From: Azolla caroliniana
Taxonomy: Eukaryota > Plantae > Polypodiophyta
Length of the DNA stretch: 64,000 nucleotides
NCBI GenBank assembly: GCA_043228905.1
Contig: JBHGNT010000003.1
Location: forward strand, 4,402,001-4,466,000
Reading direction: 5' to 3'
The notes under the pieces were generated by a model. That model had not been told where the DNA came from and did no database searches. It was given only the letters and a program-made list of their open reading frames with translations. Below are positions 49,501 to 60,848 of this stretch, one piece after another (the first letter of the stretch is position 1; every line of letters starts with the position of its first letter). Both the position numbers and the translations under genes were made by a program.

Positions 49501-51660
49501 CGAAGAACTATTTCAACAGCCTCTTCGAAGGATTTTGGATCCTTATCGTGCACTATCCAGTGATAGTCCGAATTGGGGATGCCATTGACAAAACAAGTTA
49601 TTAACCAATTGTCCCCTTCTAGACCTGATTTTTGGATTTGGGTTCTAGCATGGTGGACATAGTATTCTAGCGAGGAAAACTTGCTGCTAGAGAGGTTCAT
49701 TAAAGCTTGTGTTGCCTCGGTTCGAGAGGGAGGTTGTAGAAATTGGCCCTTAAAAACTGTGACAATATTTGTCCAGGTATCGGGCAATTTCCCAAAAGTA
49801 CGGAGCCCACACCACCAGGCGGCGGCCTTACCCCCTAGTTATTGGCCGACATTGCAATCTTCGTACTATCTGGCGTGGGATAGATCTCAAAATGAGACTC
49901 CCATCGGCCCAGTCATGTGCAAATTGCTTCTTCAGTTCTTTCCTTTTTTTCTCCCGTAAATGGCTTAATGACAAACGATGGTTCACCCTGTCGCTCATCA
50001 GGTTTATTAGTCTCACGTTGTAAACTAATGACATGTGCCTCGAGAGCACTTTGAGATTGCCAAAGTTCGGTCATCTGTTGAGCGGTGAAACTAAGGTATT
50101 GGGTTATTTGCGAAAAATACATCTCAATGGACATTTGTCCAAGAGGATTTCCTTGAGTTCCTTCCGCTTGAGCGGATGACATCGGGCCGTTATTTTGAGC
50201 CATTGAATGGTAATTCCTGACAAAGAAATAGGATAAGGTCAGACAAATAGTCATAACATCATGTCGTGATGTAAACATATCACGGACAAACATTAATCGA
50301 TATCATGATCTCACGTCAATACCCCTCTAGATGTATGAGATGAGGTTCAAGATCAGGTTACTATGGTAACACAAAGGTGTTTTAAAAACCATGGGGGTGA
50401 CAAATTAATGTCTTTCCCTGATCTCTATATCGATTTTTTCATGGCGGCTCCCCCAGGCTCAACCATGTATGTTCGCGTCATGAGTAGTTTATACACGAAA
50501 AAAATGTTAACAATAAACTATGTTGCTATGCCCACATATGTGGTTTTGGTTCTTTAAGTCCTATTACAAGGACCCCGAAATGCACTTAGACCTCAAGTCT
50601 AAACATGTGTTATAGTGATATGTATCAACGATCTTGTATGGTCTTGGTTATATTTGAACTCGAGACCTCGAGAACAAATGTATTAACCACTTGAGCCAAC
50701 CAAGTAGGTTGCTCTTCTTAAATATTTAATGATTCATGCGTATAAGAGATATGCGAGGCATTTGCCCATATATGTTTTTTTAAAAGAAACATATATGTCA
50801 AGAGTCCTTATTTCCCCCTCGTTTACTACAAAATATGTTCGTACATTACCTAACCTCAAGTCTCGTAATTACGATGGCATACGCCAAAGTGCAACCTAAT
50901 GGTCAAGCCAAATGAGCCCTCTTTTCGTAGTAAGCCCACGTGGCCCATCACATGGTAACGTTTTATAAAACCAATTAATTACCACTATAGCATCATTGAA
51001 TTAATGAAAACAATTACATATAGACTATACACATGATTAGATGGGAGAAGAAAAAATAGAAAAAATAATATGGAAAGAGTTACCGAAGTTCCTTTGTTGA
51101 TCGTTGTCTGGATCAAGGCCAACCACACATCGATCGATCACCATCAATCAACAAAACAAAAGACAACAAAAGAAACATTAGCACATTAGCTCTGATACCA
51201 ACTATTAGATGCATGAACTAATGTAAGCATAAATAAGGATAAAAGATAGATCTAGATAGATAGAAAGGAGAGAGAGAAAGAAGGGTGTCGATCCACCTGA
51301 CCACCCCCGAGTGAAGGGATCGAGACAGATTTGAGCCTCGATCGGCATCCCATACCACCGTCGTGGCGTCGAGTCGTACCTGGTGCTAGTGCACTCGCTA
51401 CAAGAGTTGACCCACCACAAGACAGAGTCTCGACGTAGTCAACCAGATGATGAAATGAGGGTAGCTAGGCCTCTTATTTATAGCGATACCCAAGGCCCCT
51501 TGGCAAGTTCACACTTGGCCTAATGGGTTGTCTCAATCCCAAGGATTAAAAGCAATCCTCCACTTCTTTACACTCTCGTTTAACCCTCACACTTATCCAC
51601 GTGTATAGAATACTACGGTAAATTCTCACCACGGGATATTATATGGCCATGCCCGTAACA
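46516..51660 (-). mobile_element. Element I: chromovirus-type Ty3/Gypsy, truncated within integrase
   Basis: tRNA-Met PBS at 51189-51200; gag, protease (LFDSGS), RT ([13 protein letters not shown]), RNase H, integrase (WESISMDF, VVDRLTK). LTR from ~51203; its outer boundary is uncertain (GTAACA at 51660). Confidence 0.88.
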
Positions 51661-51887
51661 TTTTCTCTGTGTGAGTTTACATTTTGCCTACATCTATGTA
51701 AAGTGCACCGTGAGCAACGCAACCTACTTCGCATTACCCATCCGTCCGACCACAAGACCTTGATCAGGGTATTTAGGGAGTAAGTATCTTACCCATGTTA
51801 CTAGGGAGTAGTAACATAACCTAGTAAAATTAGCCATAGAATTAGTCCATAGGTTATGTCTTCAACTAGTTCCCTCCTACAGTAAGG

Positions 51888-52258
51888 TGTTACCCGGTCG
51901 GCAAAGGAGTAAAGACTAGAATGTGAAAGGGATGGTTATTCGGAATATATTTTAATTCAGTAGAGTAGATTATAATTATGTAGTGAACGGACGGACCAGA
52001 ATCAGTATGCCGATCCGGATCCGAACAGGTGCCAGTTGGCACCGTTTTGTACGCAGCACCGGTGACCTATATAAAGGCCCGGTTACAATGTATAACTTTA
52101 ACGGAGAATTAATATAAGCTTCTTGTTTTATCTTCACATATTGATTACCGTTCTGTATTAATTGTTATATGTTACGCGTGTATTAAGTGAATGCCTTATT
52201 GCTAAGTAGCCAATTAAGTCGGATTAATCGTTGTGACTTAAGTTATCTCGCCGTAACA
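51888..52258 (+). repeat. 5' LTR of H (371 bp)
   Basis: TGTTAC...GTAACA termini, TATATAAA at ~52068, homologous to the A LTR. Confidence 0.9.
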
Positions 52259-53732
52259 CCCCTTTGGTGAAGTGTCTTCCGGAGACACCCTGTGTTAGGC
52301 CATTGTCTGGCCCTAAGAAATAACATAGTTTTTGGTGACCACGATTCCTGCACAATCGCAGCAAACAATGACGGGAATGGATGACGAGACCAACGAACGA
52401 CCCGGTTACGGAGCGAGCAAGGAGACTTGTTGAATGGCTAAGGAAGCGAGAGGCTTTCCAGCAAGTGGCAGAAGAAATCAGAGTGGATCGCTCATTTTCC
52501 AAGGTGATCCGAAGAGTGGCCAAGGAATCACTTCGGTTACCACAAAACGCTTACCCGGACGAAGGAAGCAGCCTAAGCAGCCTCCGAGAAGCGGAATCCC
52601 TTCTCCAGGCATTGGCAGCGGGGGAAGGTGAATCCGAAGCATTTTCGGCATTTGAATCGGGTTCGGACGGGGAATACAACACGTAGACAAACTACCGCAG
52701 TAATAACGACACCCCAGGCAGACCAGAGGACGAGGAGTCGGATACCTTGCCGACACCAGAACCAGAAATCGAGGAGGAGAAGCCTCCGACACTGAAAGAG
52801 GAGCAGAAAAGATCTCCGACAGCAATAGAAGACCGGGAAAAACCTCTGACACCACAAGAGGAGGAACGACCACCGACACCACCAGCCCGTGTACCGACAC
52901 CAGACGATGATATGTCGTTAAGATATCCCAGATACCAGGATGATCCAGACGCGGAAGCCCACGTCCATGCGTTTCAGCAGACCTGGGAGACGAACCATGT
53001 GTCCCAACGCTTAAATGCAACCGAAGAGGAACGCTAAAAAAGGACAGAGTTCGGCATGACCTTGGAGGGATCGGCCACCAGATGGCATCGAACACAGGAT
53101 CCCAGCACCATCCCGACGTTTGAAACATTAAAGAAAAAATTATTGCATTTCTTTCACAAGGAGATGGACCAGTGGGAAATGGTAGGCTTATTTTACAGTA
53201 TGCGGCACGAACCAATGGAGAACATTCAGCAGTTTGTCATCCGGTTCCAGCGGATCCACAGTCAGATTAGCTGAACACCACTTGAGGAAGAAACAAAGGC
53301 CATATTCTTAGCAGCACTCTGGGAACCCTTACGAACAGTGTGCACCGTCATCGATTTCCGAACCAGCAACATAGATCAAGTGATTGACCGAGTTCGGGGA
53401 ATGGAAAACTCGAGTTCATGGCTAACCATGGGCGCACTTCAACGTACACTACCGACAGAAGAGGACCTCCGTTTCATGCAAGTAGTTCAATGTACGATAT
53501 GCCTGAATGTCGGACATTCGGTGTTGGAATGCACCATGCGTTCCCAATGCTTGCCCTGCCACTCCAGAAGTCACACAATGGAACGGTGTGAGTATAACTT
53601 GTTAAATCAACAAGCACCACCGGTCCGGCAAATTGAACCACAAAGCAACCGGGAGGAAGAAGAAGAACGTTGGCGGCGAGAGGAGCGCTACCGACCGGCA
53701 CAAGATGTTTGGTATAGCGATCGAAGAGACGC

Positions 53733-55101
53733 TGTCGCGATAATACGACGAGGATACGTGAACTTTGAGGCAGGACCCCGGGGCCTCCGACCGGAAGATA
53801 TCAGATTCGTATGATTATATTAAACAATTAATGCAAAATGATAAAGATTCACAAATTTCATTAATAAAGGGAAAGAAAGATTACAATTAATCCCAAGATT
53901 GGGATTACAAAAATTTGCTAATGGAGACGACTAGAGTAATAGATTAGAAGAAATGAAATATGGATTTAATTAGAATATTAGGGTTTTTAGCTTCAATTCG
54001 AAAATTAGGGTTTTTGAGTTATATGGCTTTGATTAGGAAATTAGGGCTTATGACTTCTATAAGGAAATGTAGGGTTCTTGGCTTCGATAAGATAAGAGAG
54101 CTCCGAAGGAAAAGAAGAACAATATAATATGGAGAGAGCATATGAGTATAGAAAAAAAATGGAATTATATAAGGAGTTCCTCGTTGATCATATGCCTCCA
54201 CTTTTTGTTGCATGGCTTCTACATTTAGTTGCATAGCTTTTCTTTTCGTTGAATCTATTTTTAGTTGCATGGCTTTTTCTTTAGTTGCATGCGACCATCC
54301 ACTTGACCTTTACTTTAGTCTCTTTTTCCTTTCTTTAAATAGCCACATGATCCTTTTATCCGTTTGATTTGCGTCCAACCTTGTACGGTTGCCAGTTCCG
54401 CCCGATCGCCGAATCCCTCGCCGGCCGGTTCCGGTTACGGTTCTGGTTTGCTTGCCGGTTCTAGTTCCGGTTTTGCTTGCCGGCCGGTTCCGGTTTTGCT
54501 TGTCGGCCGGTTCCGGTTTTGCTTACCGGCCGGTTCCGGTTTGCTTACCGGTTGGTACCGGTTTTGCTTGCCGGTCGGTTTCCGGTTCCGGTTTGGCATA
54601 CCGGCCGGGTTCCGGATTTGCTTACCGGCCGGTTCCGGTTTGCATACCGGTTCCAGTTCTGGTTTTGCTTACCGGTCGGTTCCGGTTTTGCTTGCCGGCT
54701 GGTTTCCGGATTTGCTTACCAGACCCATTTTCCGGATTTGCTTACCAGCCGGTTTCCGGATTTGTTTACCAGCCGGTTTCCGGATTTAGGGAATCTTGCC
54801 ACCATCATCCATCAAGACAAAGTGGCCAAAGTGCTCTTAGAACAAATGAAAAATGAGGGAGCTCAAGGTGCTTATATAGCCAGGGCCTTAAGTTTCCTAT
54901 CTATGTAGGATAGTTCTAATTTTTCTATCTTCCCAAACTTTATTTTCACATAACTTGATATGTATTTCTCCATTTTGTATATAGTAAAATACATTTTGAA
55001 GCTCTTGAGTACATCCATCTTTCTATAGTAAGCTACTAATCTAATCTATAATAATTATTTCATTTTTTTTTTTTACATAGTGTGTGAAGATTCACATGAC
55101 A
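53733..55101 (-). repeat. 3' LTR of G (1369 bp)
   Basis: Direct repeat of 60849-62295; CCGG-rich minisatellite at ~54390-54790. Confidence 0.96.
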
Positions 55102-55168
55102 TTCGCCCCCACCAAACCTGCACATCCACTGGTATGTGCCAATTTTGGTGAGGATTCATTTTTGTTTA

Positions 55169-58100
55169 CTATACTTTTTCATCGATGCTTAAGACTGAAT
55201 CGTCAAAAGCTTCGAATCCAATTTCTAGTCTATCTCTTCTCTTGAAGATCTTGATTCTTTTACCGGCAATTGGCAAGGCAAGTGGTGTACCATCCAGTTC
55301 TACTAAATGATATGTTGCATTATCTTCCACTTTCTTCACCACATATGCCCCAAACCATCGTTGTGAGAATTTTCGAGCCGTACTATGTTGGTTATCTAGG
55401 CTGCTGTCATAGACTAGCACCCAATCTCCTTCAACGATTTTCCTTGGCCGAAGTCGATGTCGTTTATCGAAGTCTTTCTTGTTCTTTAGCCTTGCATTCT
55501 TTAGCCGCGCTTTAGCCACCTCTATATCTTCCAAATTCCGCTCTAATTGTCGAATCCTCAATGCTAGAAGATCTTCTCTAGTTATCTCATCTTGCCATGG
55601 CAATGCAAACCATGAAATAATACTTTGTTCTACAGGCATTATTGGCTTTTGTCCGAATATGAGCTCTGCCGGCATGTATCCCGTCACCGTGCTATGAGTA
55701 GTCCTGTCAGCCCATAGTGCAAATGGCAATAGACGCGGCCATTCTCCTATTTTCCCATGGCAAGCTTTCACTAGAGCCTTCACAATCGGTCCATGTCCAC
55801 GTTCCACCTTCCCATTTGCTTCCGGATTATACGCCATGGTAAGAGATAATTTGATTCCCATCCTCGAGAAGAATTCTCTAGCTTCATTGGCGTCCAACTC
55901 GCCTCTATCAGCCACTATCTTGCCGACACATCCATATCTGCAAATAACATCTTCAAGAAGGAATCGGCATACCGATGATGTCTCCTTAGTTCTTAATGCT
56001 CGCCCTTCAACTTGATTGGTAAGATCCTCTCTCGCGAGCACAAGATACTTCATCTGCCATCGTCCCATTGGCATCATCACTATGTCCACCATCCACTTGT
56101 AATGCATAGCCAATGGGTAAGTCGGATGAAGTCCATCTCGATGGCAAATATTCGAAAACATTTGACATTCCTTACATGTTTCCACATAAGCTGCTACATC
56201 TTTGTAGATGCCCGGCCACCAATATTTCTCCTTAAGCTTCACAAACATAGCCCATATTCCTCGATGGCCTGCAAAAACACTATCATGAAATTTGGACATT
56301 AGTTTTTGTTGGTCTTCTAGCTTGCAGACAACTCTCATCGGAGTCCCATTCTTCTTTTTTGCATGCCTCCAAAGAGCTCCATCCTTAAGGAAATACTTGT
56401 ATGCCTTCTTCCGAATTCGATGGAAGCCTTCCGTCGACCATGATTCATCTTTTTGGAGAGAACTCAAGTATTTCCCGATCTCCACGAATTCGCCTTCGTA
56501 GTCCTCTTCTATGTAAGTAGTCAACACCCGAGCATAGGAACTTGCAAAGAAATCCAAGCCAACATCATCTTCATCAGAATGTCGATCTTCTTCTCCGTCG
56601 TATCTCGCTCGTGATAGCATGTCTGCAACGACATTACGCTTCCCAGCTACATGACAGATCTCCGGGTTGAGTGATTTGATATATGCAATCCAACGCAACA
56701 TGGCAATATCCGGTGTATTACAACCAGATATCATACCCAAAATTGGTAGGCAATCTGTCTCAATTATGACTTCTGCTCCAATAAGGTAATCACAATCAGA
56801 TTTGATTGCCGAGACGATCCCCCATAGCTCCCTCTTCACTTGGGCATACCTTCTTTGCCTGTCACTTAACACTTTCGCGCCAAACCGAATTGCATATCGG
56901 TTGCAATCTTCATCTTCTTGGTTGATAACCCATCCAATTCCGATTGGACTAGTATCCACAGTCACGAAAATGGGTTTGCCGTATGAATAGTCCGCTTTCC
57001 GTAATGCAGGTGCCTCCATCAATAATTTCTTCAGCCTTCGGATGGCGATTGTATGCTCGCTCGTCCATTCGAACATCCGCTTCTTCTTTAGTAGACCATA
57101 TAATGGCTCAGCAATGTGGGCATAGTGTGGAATCCAAATATGATAAAACGTGCATGCTCCGAGGAACCTTCGAACCTCCGTTTGGGTTACACATTCTTCT
57201 TTCATGTCTTGGATTGCATTCACCTTGGATGGCGAAGGCTTCCGACCGTATGCTCCACACAAGTGACCTACCACTAGGATCTCTGGTTGCCTGAATGCGG
57301 ATTTTTCTCCCGAAAATGTCAAATTCGCATCTTCGAGCCTTTGGAGCACTTTCTCGCAATCTTTCATATGATCCATGACGAACTTTCTACATCCATCCTT
57401 ATCTTTTGATTCATCCTTCTCTTCATCCGAACATCCTTTTATCGGAATATCATCTAAGAATGGCATCGTGATATCCGGGATGCAATCCTTGAAGACCTTG
57501 TTCGTGGCATTCACCATATGAGCCACCGAGTTCGTTGCACCTTGAGGTAAGGTACACATCCGCACCAACCCGATTGGATTTCTCATGGTTGTAATGTCAC
57601 GACTGTCGACCACCAACTGGAATTGATCGTAGCCAGAGTAGAGATCGTCGATGGAGTAGATGGACCGGCCCGCAAACGCCTCGGCAAATTCATCCACACT
57701 CGGACCAATTCCAGCATTCCGAATTGTTACCTTGTTGACGGGTTGAAGATCTTGAATGAATCGCAAGGATCCATTCTTCTTTGGCACCGTGAACCACCTA
57801 TTAGAATAAGGAGCATTCGGTGGTTCTAGAATTCCCATCCTCACCTTCCTCTTTAAGAGCTCGATCAACTTCGGTAGGTGTGCTCTCGGAACCGGTATCG
57901 GTTTCAAATTCCAAGGCACATGCGGCACCGTGAAGATCACCATCGGTTCTACCGTCCTTGGATTAGCACACCCGATTTCTTGTGGGAAAAACGCGAAAGC
58001 CTTCCCATGTCTTTCAAGCATTCCACGAAACATCCGCTCCTCTTCAAGGAGGAGGAAATCCTCCCTTCCAACTCGTAGCTTTCCCTTCGTCTCTTCAGTG

Positions 58101-58624
58101 AAGATGTGACCAATTGTATTTGGGTTCCTTAAGCTTGGATCTTTTGCAACTTCCTTCATCTTTTGCCAACTATCTTCCGGTAGCGGAACTGCAACTGGCT
58201 TGATCTTCCTATCCACGGTTTTATATTTTGTGTTGACTTCGGCTTCCTCTATCAAGATGCCTTGATGATATTCATCGATGATAGTATACATGTTGACGGA
58301 GTTAACCGAAATCACATGTTGATGGTGAGGATAGCTCAAATCCACGACTTCCTCGATTTCACCGATGGTGTTGTTAAATGAGGCTTCCTCCAGAATATAT
58401 GACACGAATTCTTCTTCTTCGATTATGCTTTCTACTTTCAGCACCTCCTCGAAGTCTTGTATCTGACACTTTTCCTTCTTGTTGAGTAGTCTAAGTTTGC
58501 ATGCGCCGCCAGGTGTGACGCATGTTGCTTCTCCTTGCAATCCATGCACTTTGCTTCCTTGTGGGGACTTATGATTGCTCGGACTATTTGTGCCCCATGC
58601 TTCAATAGTCCGCTTTAAAAATCC
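55169..58624 (-). CDS. pol: G pol (RT, RNase H, integrase); open frame starting at the putative frameshift site
   Basis: 1126-aa ORF with FIQDLQPVN, FLDD, TVDTS, HHCC zinc finger, ADRGE and NGKVE motifs. The frame stays open upstream to 58624. Confidence 0.92.
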   Translation of the reverse strand, partial: GFLKRTIEAWGTNSPSNHKSPQGSKVHGLQGEATCVTPGGACKLRLLNKKEKCQIQDFEEVLKVESIIEEEEFVSYILEEASFNNTIGEIEEVVDLSYPHHQHVISVNSVNMYTIIDEYHQGILIEEAEVNTKYKTVDRKIKPVAVPLPEDSWQKMKEVAKDPSLRNPNTIGHIFTEETKGKLRVGREDFLLLEEERMFRGMLERHGKAFAFFPQEIGCANPRTVEPMVIFTVPHVPWNLKPIPVPRAHLPKLIELLKRKVRMGILEPPNAPYSNRWFTVPKKNGSLRFIQDLQPVNKVTIRNAGIGPSVDEFAEAFAGRSIYSIDDLYSGYDQFQLVVDSRDITTMRNPIGLVRMCTLPQGATNSVAHMVNATNKVFKDCIPDITMPFLDDIPIKGCSDEEKDESKDKDGCRKFVMDHMKDCEKVLQRLEDANLTFSGEKSAFRQPEILVVGHLCGAYGRKPSPSKVNAIQDMKEECVTQTEVRRFLGACTFYHIWIPHYAHIAEPLYGLLKKKRMFEWTSEHTIAIRRLKKLLMEAPALRKADYSYGKPIFVTVDTSPIGIGWVINQEDEDCNRYAIRFGAKVLSDRQRRYAQVKRELWGIVSAIKSDCDYLIGAEVIIETDCLPILGMISGCNTPDIAMLRWIAYIKSLNPEICHVAGKRNVVADMLSRARYDGEEDRHSDEDDVGLDFFASSYARVLTTYIEEDYEGEFVEIGKYLSSLQKDESWSTEGFHRIRKKAYKYFLKDGALWRHAKKKNGTPMRVVCKLEDQQKLMSKFHDSVFAGHRGIWAMFVKLKEKYWWPGIYKDVAAYVETCKECQMFSNICHRDGLHPTYPLAMHYKWMVDIVMMPMGRWQMKYLVLAREDLTNQVEGRALRTKETSSVCRFLLEDVICRYGCVGKIVADRGELDANEAREFFSRMGIKLSLTMAYNPEANGKVERGHGPIVKALVKACHGKIGEWPRLLPFALWADRTTHSTVTGYMPAELIFGQKPIMPVEQSIISWFALPWQDEITREDLLALRIRQLERNLEDIEVAKARLKNARLKNKKDFDKRHRLRPRKIVEGDWVLVYDSSLDNQHSTARKFSQRWFGAYVVKKVEDNATYHLVELDGTPLALPIAGKRIKIFKRRDRLEIGFEAFDDSVLSIDEKV
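58562..58624 (-). promoter_or_regulatory. Putative programmed -1 ribosomal frameshift signal (slippery heptamer plus pseudoknot)
   Basis: G GAT TTT TAA, 5-nt spacer, 9-bp stem CGGACTATT/AATAGTCCG, loop TGGGG complementary to downstream CCCCA. Pol is in the -1 frame. Confidence 0.8.
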
Positions 58625-60795
58625 AAGGATTCGCCTCCAAGGCTATCTCGGTTCCTTTTATGATTAGCTCGCACCGTCAGGAATTGAACGGATCTTTTAC
58701 TATCAAGACTCTTGACGTGCGCGAAGGCTGCTCCATTATCGAACACCTTGGTCTCCATCTAGGACGATGTTATATATGGTTGTCCTAGGATGACAGGATG
58801 TGAAGCCGAGTCTTGCACGAAGAAGTGTTGATCAATCTCTACATCCCCGATTGTGACTTTAACATTGGGACAACCTCCGTACAAGTCCTCTGTAGCCTTC
58901 GTCGCCACTCGAATCTTCCATCCGTGGTTTGTATTAATCGGCCATCTTCCTTTCTTGTAGAACTCGGTCGACATGAGGTTGATCTCTGAGCCATGGTCAA
59001 TCAAAGCGACCACAGTCTCTTTCTTCTCCCCGATCTTCACCGGTGTCTCCGTTGTCGCTCTTGCCCAATGAGGCCGCGAGTAATGGCTATCCGCCACCAC
59101 TTCTTCTTCTTCCTCCTCTTCTGATCTTGCCATGGTTATGGCACTTGTTTTCACCTCCTCTTCATCAGATTGTTGCCGCTTACTTTTAATAAGGTCCACG
59201 ATAGTATCATGGAACTCCTTCTTCGCGATCCCAAGTAGCTCTCTCAAGGTAAGGTCGACATGACTATCTAAAACCTTCTCCTCAAGAACCTTCCGCAAGT
59301 TAGTTGTTTGTTCTATGTCCGACCTTACCTTGTAAGTCGGTGCCGCTCGTTCTTTTCCTTTCTTCGTTGATTCTTCGACTTCCATTCGAGTAGGTTGGCT
59401 CGATCCACCGGGCTTCATGTTTGTTTCACCAATCTCTTTTCTTGGGATAGGTTGGGGTGGCCCTTCTTTCCCTCTGTTCCTCATGTTAGGTCGCTTTGAT
59501 GTGCCATCTTCTTCACCGGTTCTCTTCCTCTTCTCTTGGACAAGGGCTTCATAGGTGTCACACACAACCTCCGCAAAGCTTGTGTTTTCGTCGATTGGAT
59601 CTGACCATCCGGTTGCTCGTCGCACGTTTCGGTCAGCAAGTTTTAGATCCTCCGAATTGATTTTGCCTTTTTCTTCGCACTCAAAGACCGTTGGCCAAAA
59701 CCCAGCTCTTGGCTTCATCATTTTAAGATTCTCTTTTCCAACTCGTATCCCAGCCGAAGCGGCATAGTGCATAGCCTCCACATGCCTTGCATCTTCTTCT
59801 TCTACAATCTTTTTCAGCCCACCTCTTCCGAAGTTCACTCGTAGTGGCTTCCGGGTCTCGCTCGAGTGAATCATGTTGTCGTCCAAATAGACAACATTCT
59901 TGCGGATCGCATCTTGCAAGTCAGCACATTCCCTTCGTGAGTGTTCAAAGCTATCGCACCACACACATCTATACGCTTTTTTTCCCTTGGGCCCGCGTCG
60001 ACCTAAGTTGGCTAGCGATACCGCTTCAAACTTCTTGGAGAGCTCTTCGATTATAGACTCCTCCATTGCTTTCTTGTCGAAATTGTTGATCGGCTTACTA
60101 GGCTCAATCGTCGTAGGTGCCTTCTTCCACAATTGTGGATTCTCGACCTCAGCTTCCTCTTGCCATTGTCGCCGCTTATCAAAACGGTTGCAAGCCTTCT
60201 TCACTGCCACCTAGTCCGCTACCAAGCCATTTGGTTGTGTTTCGTCCTCCAAGAAACTGCCCAATTCTCGCCGATCTTTCGCATCCATTGCCTTTAGGAA
60301 TAGTAAGACTTTATCTCCGTCGAGAACTCGTTGCTCGACACTCGGAAGTCGGTTGTACTTATGGTCAAATTTGGCATAAATTCCCGATGCACACATATTC
60401 TTCCCTTTCTTCTCAATCCAATTCATTAACGTATGCCGAGTCATTCGCGATGCGTCTTCAAGCATGTATTCAGTGAGAAGAGCCCTTTCGAACTCCGCCC
60501 AAGTTGCATGCTCGTTCTGGATCTCCATCACGCGCTCACGGATCCCAGGTTCTACCACACGCTTAAAGCTTGAAATTTGTTTTGGATCATGTACATCTCT
60601 TTGTTGCATCTCGTTCCGGTAGGTAGCAAGGAAATTTGTGATGTTCTTCCCACCGAATCTTCCAACTGTCTCCACAGTTCGGTCAACAGCTTTGTCGACT
60701 AAAGCCTCCCGATCTCTCTCTTTCAGCATGAATTCGACGATGGACACCATCCCTTTGGTCAATTCTTGTCCTTGAGTTCCACTTGTTGAAGCCAT
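58615..60795 (-). pseudogene. gag: G gag-protease ORF (single frame, two in-frame TAG)
   Basis: ORFs 60211-60831 and 58759-60210 share a frame that continues to TAA at 58615. Knuckle CVWCDSFEHSRREC; protease ALIDHGSE...ILGQP. Confidence 0.85.
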
Positions 60796-60826
60796 CTTCG
60801 TACTTGATATCCTCCTACTGCCTCGT

Positions 60827-60844
60827 TTCACGTCGGGTTCACCA
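60827..60844 (-). promoter_or_regulatory. tRNA-Trp PBS of G
   Basis: TGGTGAACCCGACGTGAA, identical to the C PBS. Confidence 0.87.
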
Positions 60845-60848
60845 AAGA

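Noticed and set aside
5378-52258. A and H LTRs as terminal inverted repeats of one giant element
   Set aside because: Each is a 5' LTR followed outward by its own leader and gag; they are diverged, independent insertions.
54364-54908. Overlapping ORFs in G LTR repeats (also 61329-62146)
   Set aside because: Artefacts of a stop-poor CCGG minisatellite that is open in several frames.
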